From: a bacterium
GTDB lineage: Bacteria > UBA8248 > JACPRG01 > G963555815
NCBI GenBank assembly: GCA_965261595.1
Contig: CBDHDG010000006.1
Coordinates: 320,001 to 384,000, forward strand
Reading direction: 5' to 3'
DNA length: 64,000 nucleotides
Both the position numbers and the translations under genes were made by a program. The notes under the pieces were generated by a model that was not told where the DNA came from, ran no database searches, and worked only from the letters and a program-made list of their open reading frames with translations. Below, piece after piece: positions 54,089 through 64,000 of this stretch. Each line of letters begins with the position of its first letter. Position 1 is the first letter of the stretch.

Positions 54089-55354
54089 GTGGCGAATCAT
54101 CCCCCTCCTCCCCCCCTCCCCCCAACCAACGGCGGGCGGCGGCGTCCACCCAGGATCCTCTTCCTCTCCTACAACGGCGTCCAGGAGCCCCTGACGCAAT
54201 CCCAGGCGCTGCCCTACCTCCGCGGGCTCGCCCGCCGGGGCGCCCGGGTTCATCTGCTCACCTTCGAGAAAGAAACGCCGGGGGGAAACCCGCCGGGCAA
54301 GGACCAGCGCGCGGCTTTGGCCCGCGACGGTTTGCGTTGGACCTGGCTCAGGTACCATAAGCGTCCCGCCTTCGTTTCCACACTCTTCGACGTCGCTCTC
54401 GGGATGGTCATCTCTTTTTGGCTCACCCTGCGGCATCGCGTGGACATCATCGAAGCCCGGGGGACCATCCCCGCGGGAATCGGATTTCCGGTGGCCCGGA
54501 TCCTTCGGCGGCGATTCCTCTTCAACGTCCGGGGGCTGCTCGCCGAGGAAAACGCGGACGCGGGCCGCTGGAGGCTGGATCACCCCGCGGTCCGATGGGT
54601 GAACCGGCTCGAGAAACGATGGATTTCCTCCGCGGACGCGGTCATCGTGCTCACCGAGGCATTGAAACGTCTCCTGGCGGGACCGGATTACCTGCCGCGG
54701 CCAAGGGCCGAAGGGGTGACGGTGATCCCGTGCTGTGCGGACACCGACCGGTTTCTGCCGGCCCGCGAGACGAGAGGGCCGAAGACCGCCTTCCCCACGT
54801 TCGTCTATGCGGGATCGCTCGGCGGGTACTATCTGGTCCGGGAGATGTTCGACTTTTTCGCCGCCGCCCTGGCCCGCTGGCCCCGGGCGCGTCTGCGGAT
54901 CCTGGCCAACGGGTATGAAGACGGGGCGCGCGAAGCCGTGCGCGAGACCGGCCTGGATCCCGGGCGGGTGGAGATCGAGACGGTCGCCCATGAGGATGTC
55001 CCCGGACAGCTGGCCGGCGCCGACGCGGGCCTGATCTTCGCCCGCCCGGCCTTTGCCCGGATCGGCATGTCTCCGACCAAACTGGCCGAGTATCTGGCCT
55101 GCGGTCTGCCGGTCGTCACAACGCCTGGAATCGGGGACACCGAGAGCGTTGTCCAGGAAGACCGGACCGGGGTGGTGGTTCGGGGTCTCGACCGGGCCGG
55201 GTACGAGGGGGTCTGCGAGGCGCTCTCGACGCTTTTCGAGGAAGGCGAGACCCTGCGGACCCGGTGCCGGCAATCGGCGGTTCGTCGATTCGGGTTGGAG
55301 AGAGGGCTTGCGGGATATCGTGAAGTCCTGGGATTTCTCGGGTTCCGACTGTGA
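54089..55354 (+). CDS. Glycosyltransferase family 4
   Basis: SQALPYL, VIPCCAD, YAGSLG and SPTKLAEYLACGLPVV motifs. Confidence 0.88.
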   Translation: MANHPPPPPLPPTNGGRRRPPRILFLSYNGVQEPLTQSQALPYLRGLARRGARVHLLTFEKETPGGNPPGKDQRAALARDGLRWTWLRYHKRPAFVSTLFDVALGMVISFWLTLRHRVDIIEARGTIPAGIGFPVARILRRRFLFNVRGLLAEENADAGRWRLDHPAVRWVNRLEKRWISSADAVIVLTEALKRLLAGPDYLPRPRAEGVTVIPCCADTDRFLPARETRGPKTAFPTFVYAGSLGGYYLVREMFDFFAAALARWPRARLRILANGYEDGAREAVRETGLDPGRVEIETVAHEDVPGQLAGADAGLIFARPAFARIGMSPTKLAEYLACGLPVVTTPGIGDTESVVQEDRTGVVVRGLDRAGYEGVCEALSTLFEEGETLRTRCRQSAVRRFGLERGLAGYREVLGFLGFRL

Positions 55355-55540
55355 CTTTCCCAAGGGGGTTGCGTATATAGATTTTTACATCGTTAGACGT
55401 TGGGGTGGTTGGTAAAATACGCGCTGTTCGGAGCGTCGTCCCGAGACCCGGCCGGCCGGGCCGGCGGACCGCCCCCGTCGGGGGATCGAGCAAGTTGAGT
55501 CATCGGGTTTCGCCGGAACCTCCCGGGCGCGAAAATTGGA

Positions 55541-57290
55541 GTGGGGAAAATCGCTGAGACGCCGAAAAGATTCGGCACCCATGTGCTGTACACCGCGATT
55601 TCCATCGGGACGCTCCTGCTGTTCCTGCCGGCGACCCGGGCGTGGTTCATCGGCCGGGGGATGCGGTGGTTTTTCATTTTCCTTCTGTCCCTCTTCCTGA
55701 GCCTGCTCCTGACGCCGGCCGTCCGCCGCTTGGCCCGCCGCCTTGAAGTGCTGGACGCGCCTTCATCCCGAAAGGCCCACGAGAGAAGCACCCCGCTGCT
55801 GGGCGGAATGGCTATTTTTCTCTCCTTCGCCATCGCCGTCATCTACAACCTGTATTTCTCGTTTCAACTCAAGGGCGTCGCCATCGGCGCCACGCTCGTC
55901 ATGGTTTTTGGCCTGGCGGACGACATCTGGGACCTGCCGGCGCTGATGAAGCTCATGATTCAGCTTTGCGCGGTGGGGGTCATGATCGTTTACGGGGTCA
56001 GCGGAAATTTCATGCCGACCTCCTTTCTGGGGGACGGCTTCGAGGTGCCCCTGACGATTATCTGGATGATCGGCATCACCAACGCCGTGAACTTTCTGGA
56101 CGGGATGGACGGTTTGGCGGCGGGGCTGGGCCTCATCGCATCCACGTTCATCGGTCTTGTGGCCCTGCAAACCGGCCAGCGGTTCCTGCTTTTTCTCGCC
56201 GTGGCGTTGGCGGGCAGTTGCCTGGGATTTCCCCCCTACAACTTCCATCCCCGAAAACCCGCGACCATCTTTCTCGGGGACGCGGGCAGCCAGTTCATCG
56301 GATTCACCCTGGCGGGGATGGCCATCATGGGAAATTGGGCGATCGGCGATCCGGTGAAGGCCTACAGCATGCCCATTCTGATCCTGGCCATCCCAATCTT
56401 CGACATGACCTACATCACTTCCACGCGCATTTATTGGGGGCGGATTCGCAGCTTCAGGGAGTGGCTTGAATACACCGGAAGAGACCACCTGCACCACCGC
56501 CTGGAAAACCTCGGCCTCTCCAAGAAGCAAACGGTTCTGTTCATCTACTTCCTGGCAGCCGCGTTGGGCGTCAGCGCGGTCGTCCTGAAAAACGGCCGGA
56601 CATTGGACGCCGTGGTCCTGTTGTTTCAGGCGGCGATGCTGCTGTTGATCACCGCCATGCTGATGGTCCGGGGCGCCCGCCTGGTTCAGGACGCGGGACG
56701 GGAGATCCGCCGAACCCTGACCAACATCCTCGGCTTCAGCGAAGTCATGCTGGGGGAGGAGCCGGAATCGCCGAGCGCCCGTCGGGAGTACGCGGAAATC
56801 ATCCGGCGCAAGAAGATCCGTTTGGAGAGCGAGCTCAACCGCCTTTCGGGCGCCCTCCCGCCGGAAGCCCCCGCCGGGTCGGAAGGGGACGCCGAATCCG
56901 CCGATGCGGAAGCGGAGTCCCGAACGATCCTGGTCGTCGATGACGACCTGGATTTCCGCCGGTTGATCGAGATCATCCTGGGCAAACGTAACCGGATCAT
57001 CACGGCCTCCGACGGCGCCTCAGCCATCTCCTGGGCCCTCGACGCCCGGCCCGATCTGATCCTGATGGACCTCTTCATGCCCCGCCTGGACGGCTTCGAA
57101 ACCGTCCGGATCCTTCAGGAAAACCCCGATACGCGGCAAGATTCCCGTGCTGGCCCTGAGCGCGGAGATGTCTCGGGTCAACGCCGAACGGGCCTTGGAA
57201 GCCGGATGTGTTGGCTATCTGGGGAAACCGTTCGACGCCCGGACCCTTCGCCGCGCGGTGACACGCGCCCTCCGCATCGCCGCCGACTGA
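55541..57290 (+). CDS. WecA/TagO (MraY-family) phosphoglycosyl transferase fused to a HisKA-like segment and a receiver domain; frameshift near 57137
   Basis: TPLLGG, GLADD, NAVNFLDGMDGL, FLGDAG, DHLHHRL; then REIRRTLTNILGFSE; ILVVDDD, LILMDLFMPRLDG; alternate frame KIPVLALSA..GYLGKPF. Confidence 0.85.
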
Positions 57291-57346
57291 ACCGCGCTCT
57301 TCCTTAAGGGGCTCCCCGCCTCAGGGAAGAAGTCCGCCTCGGGTTC

Positions 57347-58276
57347 TCACCCGGATCCCTCGCCGGGCCGGCCGGCCGCCTGCGGCCTTGCGCACGCCCC
57401 CGGTTTCGCCAGCCGCTCGGCGTTCCGGTAGGCGATCTTCTCGGCCACGGACCGGGGCAGCTCCTTCAGCCAGGCCCGGTGTCCGTCCAGCGTCCGCGGC
57501 AGAAACGCCCACCGGTCGTCCGCCCAAGTGTCCGTCCCCACCAGGAAGCGATCCGGGTGGCGCAGGAACAGCTTGCGCCAATCCGGCTTCAGCCCGTCGT
57601 GAGAGACGTCCCACCGAAGGGCCAGCTCGGCCCAAAGATTCGCGTGGCGGTCCAGGAGCTGTCCGATGGTCTCCGGCCCCGCCGTCATCCCCGCGTGCGC
57701 CCAGAGGACGCAGACGCCGCGCTTCATCGCCGCGATCTCCGCAACGGCCGCCGCGTCCACGTGGGCGTGGAGGAAGAGATTTTCCCGCGCCGCCAGATCG
57801 ACGATCCGTCGGAAGACCGGGGAGGCGGCGTCGCCCGCGCCCATGTGGAACTCCCCAATCCCCCGGTAGACGCCCCGCCCGGTCCGGATGCGTTCTTCGA
57901 GATAGGCCGGGATCTCCGGATCCCGAAACCACGTGGCCATGTCCGCCGGCGTCCTGTAAGGGCGCAGGACGGGGACGACGACATTCGGCGCCGCCCGGTG
58001 GAGCCTGAGCGTGCCGTCGTCCGGCGTGCTGGAGACGAAGGCCCGGATCACGCCGCCCCGCTTCAGGATCTTCAACGCCCCGGCCGGCGGGAGCCGATCC
58101 CAGGCGTCCCGGCCGTAATGGATATGGGCATCGAAGATGGGGAGCCGCTGGGCAGCCGCCGGCCCGGCGGACAAAAAAGGGACAACCGACAGACCGGCCA
58201 GGATCGCGACCCGGCCGGAAACGAGCAAGCCGGACCGCCCGAACCGCATATGGAAGAACGTGGTGATGGGCTTCAT
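57347..58276 (-). CDS. Amidohydrolase family protein, probable signal peptide
   Basis: FDAHIHY, GIGEFH, HAH, WAHAG and GTDTW motifs. Confidence 0.8.
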   Translation of the reverse strand: MKPITTFFHMRFGRSGLLVSGRVAILAGLSVVPFLSAGPAAAQRLPIFDAHIHYGRDAWDRLPPAGALKILKRGGVIRAFVSSTPDDGTLRLHRAAPNVVVPVLRPYRTPADMATWFRDPEIPAYLEERIRTGRGVYRGIGEFHMGAGDAASPVFRRIVDLAARENLFLHAHVDAAAVAEIAAMKRGVCVLWAHAGMTAGPETIGQLLDRHANLWAELALRWDVSHDGLKPDWRKLFLRHPDRFLVGTDTWADDRWAFLPRTLDGHRAWLKELPRSVAEKIAYRNAERLAKPGACARPQAAGRPGEGSG

Positions 58277-58401
58277 GGCCTTCTTCCCCGAGGATATGCG
58301 GATCGATTCGGGGAAAATGGAGAGTTCGGATGGCGAGGCGGGGGCGGCCGGTCGGAGGAACCCGCTGCCGCCGCTTTGGCTTCGGAACCGCCCGCGCGGC
58401 C

Positions 58402-59283
58402 TCAGACGGCTACGTGGATGCTGAGCTTTTCGTAGTCCTTCTCCTTCATCTCATCCCGCAGCCCCCAACTCTCCAGCCATGCGTGGTTCTCTTCAAAGAA
58501 GCCCTCGCCGTACGGCTCGAAAACCATCAACTCGCCCAGACAGAATTTGGAGTAATCATAGTCGCCGCGCATGTCCGCCGGGATGTTCCTTTCCCAAAGG
58601 GGCAGGTAAGGCGCCGGGTCCGCGCGAAGCGCCTCATCGGCCCGCCTGAGAACGCGGAAGTACGCCTTCAGGGTGTCGGGGTCCAGGTCCTCGCTCACCC
58701 AGGAAAGGATCCGGAACTGCCCCATCGCCAGCCGGCGATGGCCCCGCTGGAGGGCCATGTCGATCGCCGGGTCCACGAGGTTGATCACCTCGATCTCCCC
58801 CGACTCCAGGTATTGAAGCCGCTGAACCGGCCCGCCCAGGTTGTTGATGATGATCTTCTCTCGCGAATGGATCATCTCCATCGCCTTCAAAGTCGTGTAG
58901 TGGGTCCCCGCGCGGATTCCGACGCCGATGGGGACGTTCGCCAGGTCCAGAAGGGAGTGGTAGGGCGAATCCGGCCGGACGAAGAAGGAATAGTTGGCCA
59001 CGCCGTAGAGGTCGGGGACGATCTTCCCCATGCCCGCGCCGGCGTTGCTCGCCGCGCCCCAGTGGCAGGCCGCGTGGACGCTCGACACCCCATCCACAAA
59101 AGGGCGGTCCTGCGGCCGCTCGTAGTACGCATCGCCCTGGTGGCTGAGCAACCCGTGCGTCACGCCGTCCAGGTGCTCAGGCGCGAGGCCCTCATCTTGG
59201 TAATAGCCGTTTTCGAGCGCAATCCACTCGTGGAGCCTCATGAAATGCGGCACCACCTTGACGGGCTTCAGATGTTGCGTCAT
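58402..59283 (-). CDS. NMT1/THI5-like substrate-binding-fold protein without signal peptide
   Basis: WIALENGYYQDEGL, FVRPDSP..DLA.VPIGV and AACHW motifs. Confidence 0.7.
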   Translation of the reverse strand: MTQHLKPVKVVPHFMRLHEWIALENGYYQDEGLAPEHLDGVTHGLLSHQGDAYYERPQDRPFVDGVSSVHAACHWGAASNAGAGMGKIVPDLYGVANYSFFVRPDSPYHSLLDLANVPIGVGIRAGTHYTTLKAMEMIHSREKIIINNLGGPVQRLQYLESGEIEVINLVDPAIDMALQRGHRRLAMGQFRILSWVSEDLDPDTLKAYFRVLRRADEALRADPAPYLPLWERNIPADMRGDYDYSKFCLGELMVFEPYGEGFFEENHAWLESWGLRDEMKEKDYEKLSIHVAV

Positions 59284-59493
59284 CTCTTCATTCCCCCCTT
59301 GGCTTTTCGGGCGGCGGAACCCATTCCCGCATTTTCCGGATATCCCCACCGATGAAGCCACTTTAATACAAAACCCGGTTCGATGCAGGCCGAAACTTCC
59401 TTTCGCCCAAGCGGAGCGCCGCAGCCTCGCCGCGCGCATGTCCGAAAGCCCTTGACCCTCGGGCCGATGGGCGGTAGATTGGATTCAAGATCG

Positions 59494-59570
59494 CTAGGGG
59501 TGCCTTGTACTGAGAGTCATACTCTGACAACCCTTAGAACCTGAACTGGGTAATGCCAGCGTAGGGAAGC
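59494..59570 (+). ncRNA. TPP riboswitch
   Basis: ctaggggtgc..ctgaga..acccttagaacctgaactgggtaatgccagcgtagggaag; upstream of thiXY-like genes. Confidence 0.93.
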
Positions 59571-59661
59571 GGCGGATAGCAGGGACGTTCGTGGGGAGGG
59601 ACCTTATCCCTTCCCCGAGCCATCGCTTGACGGGCCGTTTCCCTCTCTTCGAGAGACGGCC

Positions 59662-60570
59662 TTGTTGTTGAGAGCGAAAGAAGGCCCCGCGCTGGCCAAG
59701 CCGGGGGGGGGGGGGGAGGCCGAAGTTTTCCAGCGGCCCGCGCGGGCGCCGGACGTTTCGGAACGCCGTCCCGCGGCCGTCCCGAAACGGACGAACGGCG
59801 CCGGCCGGGCCTCTTCCCGGGCGCGCGACTACGCGACCCCCGCCCTTCTCCTCCTGTTTTTTCTGGTTCTCTGGCAGGCGGCGGTCGCCGTATTCGCCCT
59901 CCCCCACTACATCCTCCCCTCTCCCATCCTGGTCTTTCAGACCCTCGGCCAATCCTGGGAAATCCTCCTGTTTCATGCCGGCCGGACGCTCGTCGAAGTC
60001 CTCGCGGGCTTCGGGGCGGCCCTGGCGGCGGGCTTCGTCCTGGCCGTCGGGATCACCTATTCACGGGCCCTCCGAAGGGCCCTGTATCCCCTGGTGATCG
60101 CCTCGCAGACCATACCGGTCATCGCCATCGCGCCGCTTCTCGTCATCTGGTTCGGCTACGACATGATGCCCAAGGTGGTGATGACGGCCCTCATCGCGTT
60201 CTTCCCGGTGGTGGTCAACACGGTGGACGGCCTCGAGGCCACCGACCCGGACCTGTTGGATCTGATGCGGCTGCTTCAAGCCGACTGGTGGCAGACCTTT
60301 CGGAAGGCGCGCTTTCCGGCGGCGCTTCCGTTCATCTTCTCCGGGCTGAAAATCGCGGCGGCGATCAGCGTCATCGGGGCCGTCATCGGCGAGTGGGTCG
60401 GGGCGGACCGGGGGCTCGGCTTTCTGATGATCCGGGCCAACGCCCAGCTTCGGACGGACCTGATCTTCGCCTCCATCGTAATCCTCTCGGCCATGGGCAT
60501 CCTGCTCTTCCTCGCCGTGTGCGCGCTGGAGCGGATCAGCATGCCCTGGGAAAGAGGAAATGAAGGCTGA
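59662..60570 (+). CDS. ABC transporter permease, ThiX/SsuC-like (start uncertain)
   Basis: ILPSP, QTIPVIAIAP..WFG, PAALP.IFSGLK and GEWVG..GLG motifs. Confidence 0.88.
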   Translation: MLLRAKEGPALAKPGGGGEAEVFQRPARAPDVSERRPAAVPKRTNGAGRASSRARDYATPALLLLFFLVLWQAAVAVFALPHYILPSPILVFQTLGQSWEILLFHAGRTLVEVLAGFGAALAAGFVLAVGITYSRALRRALYPLVIASQTIPVIAIAPLLVIWFGYDMMPKVVMTALIAFFPVVVNTVDGLEATDPDLLDLMRLLQADWWQTFRKARFPAALPFIFSGLKIAAAISVIGAVIGEWVGADRGLGFLMIRANAQLRTDLIFASIVILSAMGILLFLAVCALERISMPWERGNEG

Positions 60571-60627
60571 GCCGGCGGCGGCCTTCGACTTCCCTTCAAC
60601 GTCCTACAACGAAAGAGGAGACTCCGA

Positions 60628-61621
60628 GATGCGAATGCGACGGCGATCGATCACCTGGACGGTCCTGGCCCTGCTGGGAGCGGTTTTTCTTCTCGCGGGC
60701 TTCGGACCCGGGGCGGTCTCGGCCGAGGAGCGGGTGAACTTTCGGCTGGATTGGACTCCGTGGTCGCTTCACACCTTCCTGTTCGTGGCCGAGGAGAAGG
60801 GGTATTTCAAGCAAGAGAACCTCAAAGTCCGCCTCTACGTTCCCGCCCATCCCGAGGACACCCTGAAGCTGGTCGGCGTCGGGAAAGACCACTTCGGCCT
60901 GAGCTACCAGACCGACACCATCATCGGCCGCTCGGAAGGCCTCCCCGTCGTGTCGGTGGCCGCGGTGGTGCAGCACCCCCTGAACGTCATCCTGACGATG
61001 AAGGACTCCGGGATCACGCACCCCCGGCAGCTCAAGGGCAAGAAGATCGGCTCGCCCATGATCCCGTCCGACGACGCCTTTCTCAAGACCATCGCCCGGG
61101 CGAACGGCATGACGATGAAGGATTTCCGTGTCGTCAACGTCGGGTTCAACCTGGTCCCTCCGCTCCTTCAGGGCAGCGTGGACGCCGTCATCGGGACTTA
61201 TTGGGTGTGGGAGAAGGTCCAAATCGAGCTGGAGGGAAAGGCGGTGAACGTCATCCGCCTCACCGACCACGGCGTCCCCGATTTTTACGAATCGGTCCTG
61301 ATCACCAGCGACGGAATCGTCCGGAAGAACCCGGCCCTCATCCGCCGCTTCCTCCGGGCGTCCGACCGAGGCTGGAAGTTCGTGATGGACCGGCCCGAGG
61401 AGGCCCTCCAAATCCTGTTGAAGAAGAACAAAGACCTCCGCCCCGAGCTGGCCCGCCGGGCCATTCAGCTCCTCATCCCCCTGGTGCGCGACGGCGTCCC
61501 CAAGGTGGGCTGGCAGACGGAGGCCAAGTGGCGCGAGTTGCGGGATTACATGCTGGACAGTAAGCTGATCCGCAAGAGCGTCCCCGTGAAGCCCCTGTTC
61601 ACCACGTCCTTCCTGCCCTAA
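60628..61621 (+). CDS. ABC substrate-binding protein, ThiY/NMT1-like
   Basis: Signal peptide; LDWTP..H, KGYF, SYQ and GVPDFYE motifs. Confidence 0.88.
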
Positions 61622-61658
61622 CACGCGGGGGGGCCGGCAGCGAGACGGGAGGACCGGC

Positions 61659-62822
61659 ATGAGCGCCCCCCCCCCCCCCGAAAATCCGCCCGCTTCCCTG
61701 ACGCCGGGTTCGGCCACGCCGGAGGGCACAGCCGCCTACCGAGACCGGTTCGCCGAGGCGACCGCCGAAGGCCACTACCGGCCGTACCAGGACCTCTGGG
61801 TCTCGACCATCGGAATCGGCACCTATCTGGGAGAGGAGGACGAGCCCACCGACGACCTCTACCGCCGGGCCGTGGCCCAGTGCCTGGACCTGGGCTGCAA
61901 CGTCATCGACACGGCGGCGAACTACCGTTGCCGGCGAAGCGAGCGGTCCGTCGGCGAGGGGCTGCGGGACGCGTTTGGCGGGGGGAAGACCCGCCGGGAG
62001 GAAGTGGTCGTCACGACCAAGGGCGGCTTCATCCCCTTCGACGGCGCGCAGCCGAAGGACCGGGATGAATTCATCGGCTACATCGTCAACACCTTTCTCA
62101 AACCCGGCATCATGCGGAAAGAGGACATCGTGGCCGGCTGCCACTGCATGACCCCCGGCTATCTCCAGCACCAACTGGACGCCAGCCGCGCCAACCTGGG
62201 ACTGGACCGCCTGGACGTCTACTATATCCACAACCCGGAAACGCAGCTTCAGGAGGTCGACCGTCAGGAGTTCCTTTCCCGCGTGCGCGCGGCGTTCGAG
62301 ACCCTGGAGAAAAACGTCGGGGACGGGAAGATCCGTTACTACGGAACCGCCACCTGGTCGGGGTGCCGCCTCAAGCCCGAGGAGCGGGAATACCTCTCTC
62401 TGGCCGAACTCGTGGGGGCCGCGAAGGACGTGGCCGGAGAGGACCACCACTTCCGGGCCATCCAGCTTCCGCTCAACCTGGCGATGCCCGAGGCCATCGC
62501 CCTGGCCAACCAGCCGGTGGACGGCGAGATGACCTCGCTCGTCAACGCCGCGGGCCACTTCGGCATCTCCCTGATGGCCAGCGCGTCCATCTTCCAGGGC
62601 CGGGTGGCGGAGAACCTGCCGGATTTCGTCAGCGGGGCGTTTCCCGGGCTGAAAACCGACGCCCAGCGGGCGATCCAGTTCGTTCGCTCGACCCCCGGGA
62701 TGACGGTGGCCCTGGTGGGGATGCGTCAAACCGCCCACGTGGATGAAAACATGGCGATCTCGGGGGTTCCGCCGGCGACCATCGAGGACTACGAGAAGGT
62801 GTTCAAGCCGGCGGAAGGCTGA
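61659..62822 (+). CDS. Aldo/keto reductase
   Basis: GIGTY, IDTAANY..SE, TKGG, YYIHNPE and GKIRYYG motifs. Confidence 0.88.
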   Translation: MSAPPPPENPPASLTPGSATPEGTAAYRDRFAEATAEGHYRPYQDLWVSTIGIGTYLGEEDEPTDDLYRRAVAQCLDLGCNVIDTAANYRCRRSERSVGEGLRDAFGGGKTRREEVVVTTKGGFIPFDGAQPKDRDEFIGYIVNTFLKPGIMRKEDIVAGCHCMTPGYLQHQLDASRANLGLDRLDVYYIHNPETQLQEVDRQEFLSRVRAAFETLEKNVGDGKIRYYGTATWSGCRLKPEEREYLSLAELVGAAKDVAGEDHHFRAIQLPLNLAMPEAIALANQPVDGEMTSLVNAAGHFGISLMASASIFQGRVAENLPDFVSGAFPGLKTDAQRAIQFVRSTPGMTVALVGMRQTAHVDENMAISGVPPATIEDYEKVFKPAEG

Positions 62823-62901
62823 CCTCTTCGGCTGAGATCGCGCAGGACGCGGAGGGGGGGGGGGCTTTTTCGTTTCGGGCGGCGTGGGGTGTCCGACTTT
62901 A

Positions 62902-63050
62902 CCTCGGATTTCCCATTCGGGTCATAGGATTCGGCGGGCCGAAGGCTGTTTTCCAGCGTAAAATCAAGCGGTTACCCTCTTGCCCGCCTTTTCGCGGGGG
63001 GACCCTATGGGTGAAGCGAAAGGTGGGCTTTGAAGGTCCGTTCCGACCAT
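62902..63050 (+). mobile_element. IS1380-family left-end remnant
   Basis: cggatttcccat..ccgaaggctgtttt..gtaaaatcaag..atgggtgaagcgaaa matches the 5' ends of the elements at 18552 and 22263. Confidence 0.8.
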
Positions 63051-63184
63051 GGCGGCCGGCGATCAGCGCCCGGATTATGGCTTCGAGGGGCTCTTGACAG
63101 GGCCATTGGAGGGGGAGCCTAATGATTTCAAACCGCAAAGACGACCCGAAGAATATCGACCGAAGTTGAAAGGGAAATTCCCAT

Positions 63185-63870
63185 ATGGAACAAGTGCTGC
63201 CAACCGTTTGCCAAGAATGCTGGAACGAATGCGGTGTGCTGGTGCATGTCGAGGACGACAAGATCAAGGAGATCGTCGGCAACCCCGCGCATCCGGTGAC
63301 CAAAGGGTATATCTGCAATAAAGGATCAAGATTCACCGAAGTTGTGTACCACAAAGACCGACTGCTTCATCCCCTCAAACGGGTTGGCGCCCGCGGCGAA
63401 GGAAAATGGCAGCAGATATCGTGGGATGAGGCGTTGGACTACGCCGCCGATGCCATCCAGAAGATCCGGCGGACCCACGGCCCTCAGTCGTTCGCCATGT
63501 TTGATCACCACGTCTTTCGCGACCCCATCTGGACACTGTTCGAGCGCTTCGTCGGCAATAACAATGTGATCGGCTGCCTGGATCGATGCGACGGTTCGGC
63601 GGGCAAGGAATCGACAACGGCGACTGGTGCTGGATCCTCACGCCGAGAGGAAAGGTGAAGATGGTCGCCACCCTCACCGACCGGATGCATCCAAAGGTGG
63701 TGAGTGCACAGCATGGCTGGTGGTTTCCAGAGAAAAACACGACAAATCATGGCGTGAACGAATCAAACATTAACCTCCTAACCGACAGAGAAACGGAGCA
63801 TGCCGATCCAGTCATCGGGGGTCATACCTTCAAAGGCCTTCTCTGCACCATTGAGAAGATCGCGGATTGA
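63185..63870 (+). pseudogene. Molybdopterin oxidoreductase (MopB family), internally deleted
   Basis: CQECWNEC..ICNKG..RLLHPLKR..ISWDEA joined out of frame near 63595 to the C-terminal TPRG..HGWWFPE..NINLL domain. Confidence 0.8.
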
Positions 63871-64000
63871 GGTGGCGCGCGATCCCATCAAGCGGCAAGT
63901 GCAACCGTAGGAATTCAGCCGAAGAGATTTGAAATTCCGGTCTGGGCGCGGTTGGGGAAAACGGTGCGTGCGGTGAAGGCCCGCGTACACCGGAGTCCCT

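Overview
GC-rich bacterial chromosomal segment with frequent single-base frameshifts, some in G/C homopolymers, which may be assembly artefacts. In order: (1) 1-14.6 kb, a minus-strand surface-glycan cluster (GT4s, asnB-like amidotransferase, WaaA/GT30-like transferase, two NeuA-like cytidylyltransferases, GT2, NeuB-like protein, MurJ-like flippase, GT-C, epimerase, O-antigen ligase). (2) panB with a pan-like RNA leader and terminator. (3) A Y1/RAYT-like transposase with perfect 22-bp TIRs. (4) An SH3-caspase-like-FGE gene split by a nested IS1380/IS3 insertion. (5) A CMD protein, two HtrA proteases, pgi/pmi, lepA, lepB, rsmA and pdxA. (6) A lower-GC nested IS1595-type island with a HicB/HicA-like pair and a DUF262-HNH nuclease. 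(7) A TCA supercluster icd-mdh-fumAB-sdhCAB-sucCD-korAB-ndk. (8) A second glycan locus ending in a WecA/TagO-family transferase fused to a His-less HisKA-like helix pair and a receiver domain, the most novel-looking item. (9) An amidohydrolase, an SBP-fold protein, a TPP riboswitch with thiXY-like genes and an aldo/keto reductase, an IS1380 remnant and an internally deleted molybdopterin oxidoreductase. All calls come from reading motifs by eye; no database searches were run.
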